Shown: positions 54,667 to 64,000 of the stretch, in pieces
Position numbering within the stretch: the first letter of the stretch is position 1
How the letters are laid out: each line of letters opens with the position of its first letter
Source: the human T2T-CHM13v2.0 reference genome, Homo sapiens
Length of the DNA stretch: 64,000 nt
Direction: 5' to 3' (one strand)
NCBI RefSeq assembly: GCF_009914755.1
Contig: NC_060930.1
Made by a program: the position numbers and the translations under genes
The notes under the pieces: generated by a model
What the model was told of the DNA's origin: nothing
Databases searched by the model: none
Seen by the model: only the letters and a program-made list of their open reading frames with translations

Positions 54667-55238
54667 AGTAGTGGATAGCAGGCTTTATAAGATGGCCCCC
54701 AATGATCCTTGCCCCCAGGTATAATATTTATGCCCTTGTGTAATCTCATCCCCATGAGAGTGGGCTTGACCTAAAGACTTGCTTATAACAAAGAGAATAC
54801 AGCAAATGCGATGGGATGAGGCTTCTGAGATAAGGCTATCAAAGCACTATGATTTCTATGCTGCTCTCCTCTTTTGCTCTCTCTCTCTCTTCTGTGTGCT
54901 CTGAGGAAAGCCAGTTGCCATATTATGAACTACCGTATGGAGAGCTTCATGTGACACAGAACTGAGGGAGGTCACTAGCCATTAGCCAGCCATAAACTTA
55001 GGCCCTCTGCCCTATGGTCCATAAGAAACTGAATCCTGCCAACAGTTACTTGAGGAAGCTTGGGAGTAGATCCTCCCCGAGTCAAGTCTTCAGATCACCC
55101 AGCAGCCCTGGCTGACCCCCTGATTGCAGTCTTGTGAGAGACTTTTATCTGCCCCAGAGAAACTGTGAGATAATAAATGGTTGTTTTCAGCTGTGAAGCT
55201 TAAGGACAATTTGTTACACAGTAATAGATAACTAATAT
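54667..55238 (+). mobile_element. MaLR LTR (MLT1-type)
   Basis: aagatggcccccaatgatcc start; gaaactgtgagataataaat...gtaatagataactaata end. Confidence 0.78.
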
Positions 55239-55511
55239 AATAATGATAAGTACCAAAAGCCTATTGTTTTTAGAATCCATATGATACATTTAAGGTTGAT
55301 CAAATATTTTTACTTTTAAAGTGACATTAATTTTCAATAAACTTGAAATTATGTCATTTGCAGCTATTTAAAGTTACGAGAAAACATTTTAGAGGGCAAC
55401 TTAAAACGTAGATGTGCTTCATCATGATTATAAAGTATATGAGCCAAAAAATTAGCAAAGTACTAACAGCATTGAGAAATCCTTACTTCTTGGTGATAGC
55501 AAAAGAGGTTA

Positions 55512-55937
<426 letters not shown>

Positions 55938-56454
55938 TTAGAATGCACACAACTAAAATGATAGCCCCTGCCAATTGAGGGCTTACAGTTACACATGATA
56001 CCTGCCCCATTTAATCCTCACAACAACCTTTTGAGGGAGATGTTATCAGCATATGGATTTGAAACAGCCAATGTATCACACCTCATGTTGTTTTGTTGAG
56101 TTGAGCCTGCAGAAGAGGCACCTGTCTATCCAGCCATGTGGGGAATCAAGGAGCTGTCAGTACATGTGCAGCATCATCTAAAATATTAATCCTACCCAAG
56201 AGCTGAAAGTAGATAAATAGATGTCACACACTTTCCACCACACAAGCTAAAAAGCATAAGGCCTGGTTTCAATCCCAGGTTTCTGACTCTAAACACCATG
56301 CTCTTAATTGCTGTCTTTCCAGAAAAAGACGAAAAGACTAAATGCATTTTCTACTATGATCAGATTATACCAATTGCTCTTATATTTTTTTTCTCTCCTT
56401 CCACATAGAAGTGCAGTAAATGTATGTCCTAAACCAACACTCTAGTTAAGATTC

Positions 56455-57435
56455 TAATTTTATTGTAGCAAAATATACATACCATACAATTTACCATTTT
56501 AACCATTTTTAAGCAGACATTTCAGTGATGTTGAGTATATGCACATTGTTATACAATCACTGTCATCTATTTCCAGAACTTCATCTTCCTAAACTGAAAC
56601 TCCATGCCTGTCACACAATAACTCTCCATTCCCCACTTCCCCTTGCCCCTGGCAACCACCATTCTATTTTCTGTCTGTATCAATTTGACTACACTATGTA
56701 CCTCATATAAGTGGAATCATACGGTATTTGTCCTTTTATGCCTGGTTTATTTCACTTAGCATAATGTCTTCAAAGTTCATCCATGTAAGAATATCCCTCC
56801 TCTTTAGGGAAGAATAATATTCCACCATATGCATATATTACATTCTCTTTATGTGTTCATTTATTGTCTTAGTTGGTTCAGGCTTCTATAACAAACTATC
56901 ATAAACTTGGTACCTTATAAACAACAGAAATATATTTATCACTGTTTTAGAGGCTGGAAAGTCCATCATCAAGCCATCAGCAGCAGGTTTATGTCTGGTG
57001 AGGTCCCACTTTCTGGTTCATAGATGTTCACTTCTTGCCGTGTCCTCACGTGGTGGAAGGGGTAAGAGGGCTCTCTCTCCAGCCTCTTTTATAAAGGTAA
57101 TCATCTCATTTATGACCTAATTACATCTCAAACACCCCACCTCTTAAAACCATCACATTGGTGATTAAATTTCAACATATGAATTTGGGGGGGACAGAAA
57201 CTTTCAGACCATAGCATCTGCCAATGGACACTTGGGTTGCTTTCACCTTTTGGCTATTATGAGTAATACTGCTGCAAACAGGAGTGTACGAATATCTGTT
57301 TGAATTGCTGCATTTAATTCTTTTAGATATATACCCAAAAGTGGAATTGCGAGATTATATGGTAATTCTATGTTTAATTTTTTAAGCAATTGCTATCCTA
57401 TTTCCCATATCAGCTGCACCATTTTACATTACCAC
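56455..57435 (-). mobile_element. L1MB-like 3' end interrupted by an MST/MLT1A-like LTR (about 56865-57216, -)
   Basis: cccctggcaaccaccattcta, atttcacttagcataatgtc. LTR ends cagaccatagca. Confidence 0.78.
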
Positions 57436-58075
57436 AGATTCTAAAATTTTTAACAAGAAAGTATAACTAAAATAATAAGTGATGAATGATATAAAACGAG
57501 CAAGGTAGACAATTAGCCCATAATTAGAGACTCTCAGAGCTTTAAGGGTCTCTAAAGTGCATCAGTCCAAGTATCCATCATATATTTGAAGATAGTGCTT
57601 AAAGTTCTTGGATGATGATTACATTAACCCTCTGGCAAACATTGATTAAAGGCTAACTAGGTACCCAGCACAATGCTGTGCAGAGCTAAAAGGAACAATG
57701 AAATTATCCATCCTTTCTTGGAATTATTTCCCATAACTACCATATGCAGCCTGCCGATTTACCTAGGATAATGATTCACCTGGGTAGAAAGACCACGTAT
57801 TTCAATTATTTTACTTCTGGTCTCTCTCCATGGGAAAGATAGACTAGTTTTAAAAATGATGTGGGTTGGTAAATATTTGCAGTTAGAGTCTTTGTGAGGT
57901 CACCATAGCAGTTATAAAACAAAACAATCTAAATATAATTGTAGATCCTTATAGAAACCTGACATCTAGCCATGTCTGCCTACATTATTAGGCCTTCCAC
58001 AGAGTTAAATGGTCTTCCACAGAGTTGGCCAAGTTTAGAAGTTACACAACTCTGAGGTGTAATGAATGCTCATAA

Positions 58076-58729
<654 letters not shown>

Positions 58730-59099
58730 TAGTGTAAGAGTATGGTTTATTTTTTATATGTTTAGTTGTTTATATTTTAGAAAGCTTCACAGGTGGGATG
58801 AAATATTTTACAATGCTATAATCATGTATGGTTAGGTAAGGAGCAGGTAATAGCTCAGTTTGTGTGTGTGTGTGTATGTCCAAGGTCACTGTAAATAGTT
58901 TACCCCAGCTGGAACCAGCCTTTCTCCCTCCCAGAGATACCACACTATTTTTAGCTTAGATTGGATAACTCTTTATATACAACTCTTTGCCAAGGTCCCA
59001 GCTGCTTCATGTTTGCTTACTTTGATATTTTATTAACGCCTATTTAGCATTTCAATAAACTCCAGAATGTTTCCAGGTTACTTTTTGTAGTATTACGAA

Positions 59100-60000
59100 A
59101 AACACACTGATCATTTAGGCACTGTATTAGGCTGCATTCACTCAACATTTCCTGAATGCTTAAATACCAGGTCCTTGGGATACAACAGCGAACATAACAA
59201 GCAAAAATTTCTGCCCTCATGCAGCATACATTCCAGTGACTACATATGATAAAAATCCAAAATAATAGAGGCCACACTGGTCTGGATCCTCAAGTGATCC
59301 GCCTGCCTCGGCCTCCTAGTGTGCTGGGATTACAGGTGTGAACCACCGCGCCCGGCCTGCAAAAGTCTTTTAACTGGCCTCCCCATCTCCAAACTCTATC
59401 CTCCATATTAGTGTTGCAGGACTTTTTAAAATAAAACCTTGGTCATTTAATTTCTCACATTAGAAAACTTCCACTGTTTTTCACTGTTTACAGTAGAAAT
59501 CCAATTCTCTTAGTATGGTATATAAGACTCTTCATGATCTAGCCCCAGTAAAACACTCTACAGTCTCCCCACCCAATATTTTTTTCACCGTATCCCTTCC
59601 ATCTGGCCAGGCTGAGTCCTGGCAGCCACGACCCCCTATGGATCATGCTGGTTTAAATCTCCTGGGTTGCTCATGTTATTCCTGCTCCTACAAAGATCTC
59701 CATCTTCTTGTCTACCTAAAGAAAACCTACTCATCTGTGTGCAATCACCATAAAGACTTATCTCTCTTCTGCAGCCTTTCCTGCAATTTCCATACCTCTG
59801 GCACGGACAATCACCTTTTAAAAATACCCCATATAAATTTATCATAGCCTCTACAGTATTTTGATTACACTTAACTAATTACATGACTTCTCTTTTAGTC
59901 TTCTTCTCTAATCTCTTGAGGCCATGGACCATATCCCATTATTTTGAATCCCAAATGCCTAGTACTGTTCTTGGTATATGGTTAAGATGATCATACGACT
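59100..60000. mobile_element. L2 fragments with a short Alu piece (59283-59357)
   Basis: cattcactcaacatttcctgaatgc and ccatatc..attttgaatccc..tgcctagtac L2-type motifs. Confidence 0.5.
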
Positions 60001-60649
60001 TGGTTTGTGCCTGTTGACCTGGCTTAATAATTACACCCTCTTTACTCTCAAAAGTATCTTGGTTTGGCAGATAAATTATATTTGGTCATTCTCCACATAG
60101 TATATGCCTGGCAATAAATGAATGAATGAGCACCAGCATCTGAGCACTTATTACCATACAATATATACATGTATAGTAATACTTTTTAAAAAAGTTGTAT
60201 ATGATGATGTGCTGCTTTTTTGCTTAGCTTCATTAGAACTGGCCAGCTCCTTTTTCTCACTTGCCAAGCATGGGGAGTTGGTTTGGAGTTGGTGTTTCAT
60301 CTTTTCCAGTTACAGTGTGAAAGTAGCCCACCAGCCCACGCTCTTATTCCTAAAGACCGCAGTGACTCCACGGACTTAAGTTCTCATTGCTTCCAGTTTC
60401 CTTGGGCAACGCAGCACGCAATTTTGGACGCGCTGCGTGGTTTCAGAGTCGGCTGTAACTTTTCTCACTTTATAATCATCAGGAAAAGTTCCTGATGCCA
60501 GTCTTCCAAACGCTCAATGAAATAAAAACCAGATAGCACCGCAGAGGAGGCTGAGATGCAACGACAAAAGCTGTCGTAATTATTAATAATACCTAACCCT
60601 GGATCACTCCCCTGATAGATCTGTATCTTTGCAGCAGGCGCAATTCAGT

Positions 60650-61620
<971 letters not shown>

Positions 61621-61624
61621 TAAA

Positions 61625-62136
<512 letters not shown>

Positions 62137-62368
62137 TTAATTCATGTCCTAGCTATTATACGCACTGAAGCGAGATGCAAAAACTCATTTCATAATGTCA
62201 GTGGTCTATTGTATTTTTTTGTTTTGTCCTACAGCAGAAAAAAATGTTACTTCTAAAACTCAGAGAAATACTTGATTTATTTTCATTATTAGCTCTTAGT
62301 GCTTGCACATTCAGATTTACATGGCCCACCAGTTAGACTGAAGACTCATGAGTCTATAATGGTAGTAG

Positions 62369-62683
62369 TTTTCTTTTTTTCTTTTTTCTTTTTCTCTTTA
62401 GAGACAGGGTCTCACCCTGTTGCCTAGGTTGAGTAGAGTGGTGCAATCACAGCTCACCGTAGCCTCCACCTCCTGGGCTCATATGATCCTCCTGTCTCAA
62501 CCTCACCAGTAGCTGGGACCACAGGCATGTACCATCACACCTGGCTAATTTTTGATTTTTTATTTTTGTAGAGACAGGGTATCACTATGTTGCCCAGGCT
62601 GGTCCGGAACTGGGTGCAAGCGATCTTCCTGCCTTGGCCTCCCAAAGTGCTGGGATTACAGGCGTGAGCCACTGTGACTGGCC
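62369..62683 (-). mobile_element. AluJ antisense to PEX7
   Basis: Reverse dimer. Confidence 0.88.
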
Positions 62684-63394
62684 TGTAATGCTACTTAAAA
62701 TCTTATGCAAAAACTCTTTAAAGGGAATTGGTATTTAAAAAAAAAAATTCAGTCATGTTTAAATAGAAGAGATTTTCCCCCTTGGTCTCTATAAAAAGTA
62801 AACATAACTTTTAAAATACAATGGCCCTTTGGTAAAATAATCTTTGACAGGTAACATATTAATACTGTTTTCAGCACTTTATTACCACCAGTTATGTAGT
62901 AAATCCCACCAAGTATCTCCGCATTCATATTTTGTTTTAAAATCCTGTGTGAGATGTGTTTTAGATTTACTGGTGAGGAGTGCAGTCCCTGGGGTCTGTA
63001 AGCCAGAGGTTTCTCATCTGTCAGTAGGAATGATAACACCAACTTGGAAGGTTTGTGTCTCTGGTGCCTTGTCTGGCTACAGAGTAGGCCCTTAAGTATT
63101 TCACCCCCCTGTTAGGTCCATGTCTGAATTCCAATCATAGGTGCAATGGGAAGTTGAATATTTAGTAACTGAAGTACAATATGGAAAAACAGAAATAGAG
63201 AACACATTTGGTATTCATGTCCCAAAAACTTTAGGGAGAAATTGATCACCTGACCATTTGGTATTCAAGGTCCCAAATACTTTGGGGAAAAATTTGTGGT
63301 ATTAAAATCAGGTATCAATTACTTGATAACTCCTTGACTTTCGATGTTACCCTGGCAGGTTCAAAGGGATGACCTTGATTTTTTTTCTCTTTAG

Positions 63395-63452
63395 GCTGTG
63401 GAACCCTACTAATATTGGATCCAGATGAAGCTGGGCTAAGGCTTTTTAGAAG
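63395..63452 (+). CDS. PEX7: PEX7 coding exon 2, 58 nt
   Basis: Polypyrimidine tract plus TTAG| acceptor. Splices in frame with exon 1 to give (G)CGTLLILDPDEAGLRLFR(S). Donor AG|GTAAGG. Confidence 0.96.
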
Positions 63453-63590
63453 GTAAGGGGGCTGAAATTATTAAAGGTATATATTGTTGCTATTAAAGCC
63501 TTAATAGAATTAGGTTTTGACTCTTTGATTAATGTTTTAATATACAGTATAAAAGGAACCTTGGCGTTTGCATAGGATGAAGCTTATTTT

Positions 63591-64000
63591 TAGCTGATTG
63601 TGGTGGTGCGCACCTGTAGTCCCAGCTATTCCCAAGTCTGAGGCAGAAGGATCACTTGAGGCCGGGAGTTCAAGACCAGCCTCGTGGGCAACATAGGAGG
63701 ACCCCGTCTCTAAAAGAAATTTTTTTTTTTTATGCACAGAGTCTGGCTCTGTCACCCAGGCTGGAGTACAGTGGCGCCATCTTGGCTCAGTGCAGTCTTC
63801 CCCTCCTGGGTTCAAGTGATTCTCCTGCCTCAGCCTCCCAAGTAGCTGGGATTATAGGTGCCCGCCACCACACCCGGCTAATTTTTGTATTTTTTAGTAG
63901 AGATGGGGTTTCATCATTTTGGCCAGGCTGGTCTCAAACTCCTGACCTCAGGTGATCTGCCCACCTTGGCCTCCCAAAGTGGGTATTATATGCGTGAGCC
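63591..64000. mobile_element. Alu monomer (+, 63591-63719) abutting a reverse AluS (63720 to window end) in PEX7 intron 2
   Basis: Tail-to-tail Alu motifs. Confidence 0.87.

Noticed and set aside
57994-58026. CTTCCACAGAGTT direct repeat and (TAAT)n at about 46349-46375
   Set aside because: Short slippage-type repeats with no supporting context.

Overview
Primate (very likely human, 6q23) genomic DNA rich in Alu, L1 and LTR repeats, containing the 5' ends of two divergently transcribed genes about 30 kb apart. MAP3K5/ASK1 is on the minus strand: coding exon 1 at 29891-30338 in a CpG island, with positions 1-29890 being intron 1. PEX7 is on the plus strand: coding exon 1 at 60847-60976 and exon 2 at 63395-63452. 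The other ORFs in the track are repeat-derived or GC-rich artefacts. I found no new protein-coding system. The most notable observations are: (i) a repeat-free intronic block (21.5-23 kb) with a GATA/RUNX/ETS motif cluster and a TATA, mini-intron and AATAAA series suggesting an antisense spliced transcript; (ii) a strong-Kozak 4-codon uORF and an open in-frame 5' extension in MAP3K5; (iii) a G-quadruplex, a latent uAUG and slippage-prone tandem repeats around the PEX7 start; (iv) a BC200 retrocopy; (v) an L1-L1 template-switch chimera inside one TSD; (vi) a templated local insertion and an old local duplication; (vii) two inverted L1s around the MAP3K5 promoter sharing derived deletions; and (viii) a four-tier nested transposon stack. 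Repeat subfamily names are from recall of consensus sequences, and repeat boundaries are approximate.
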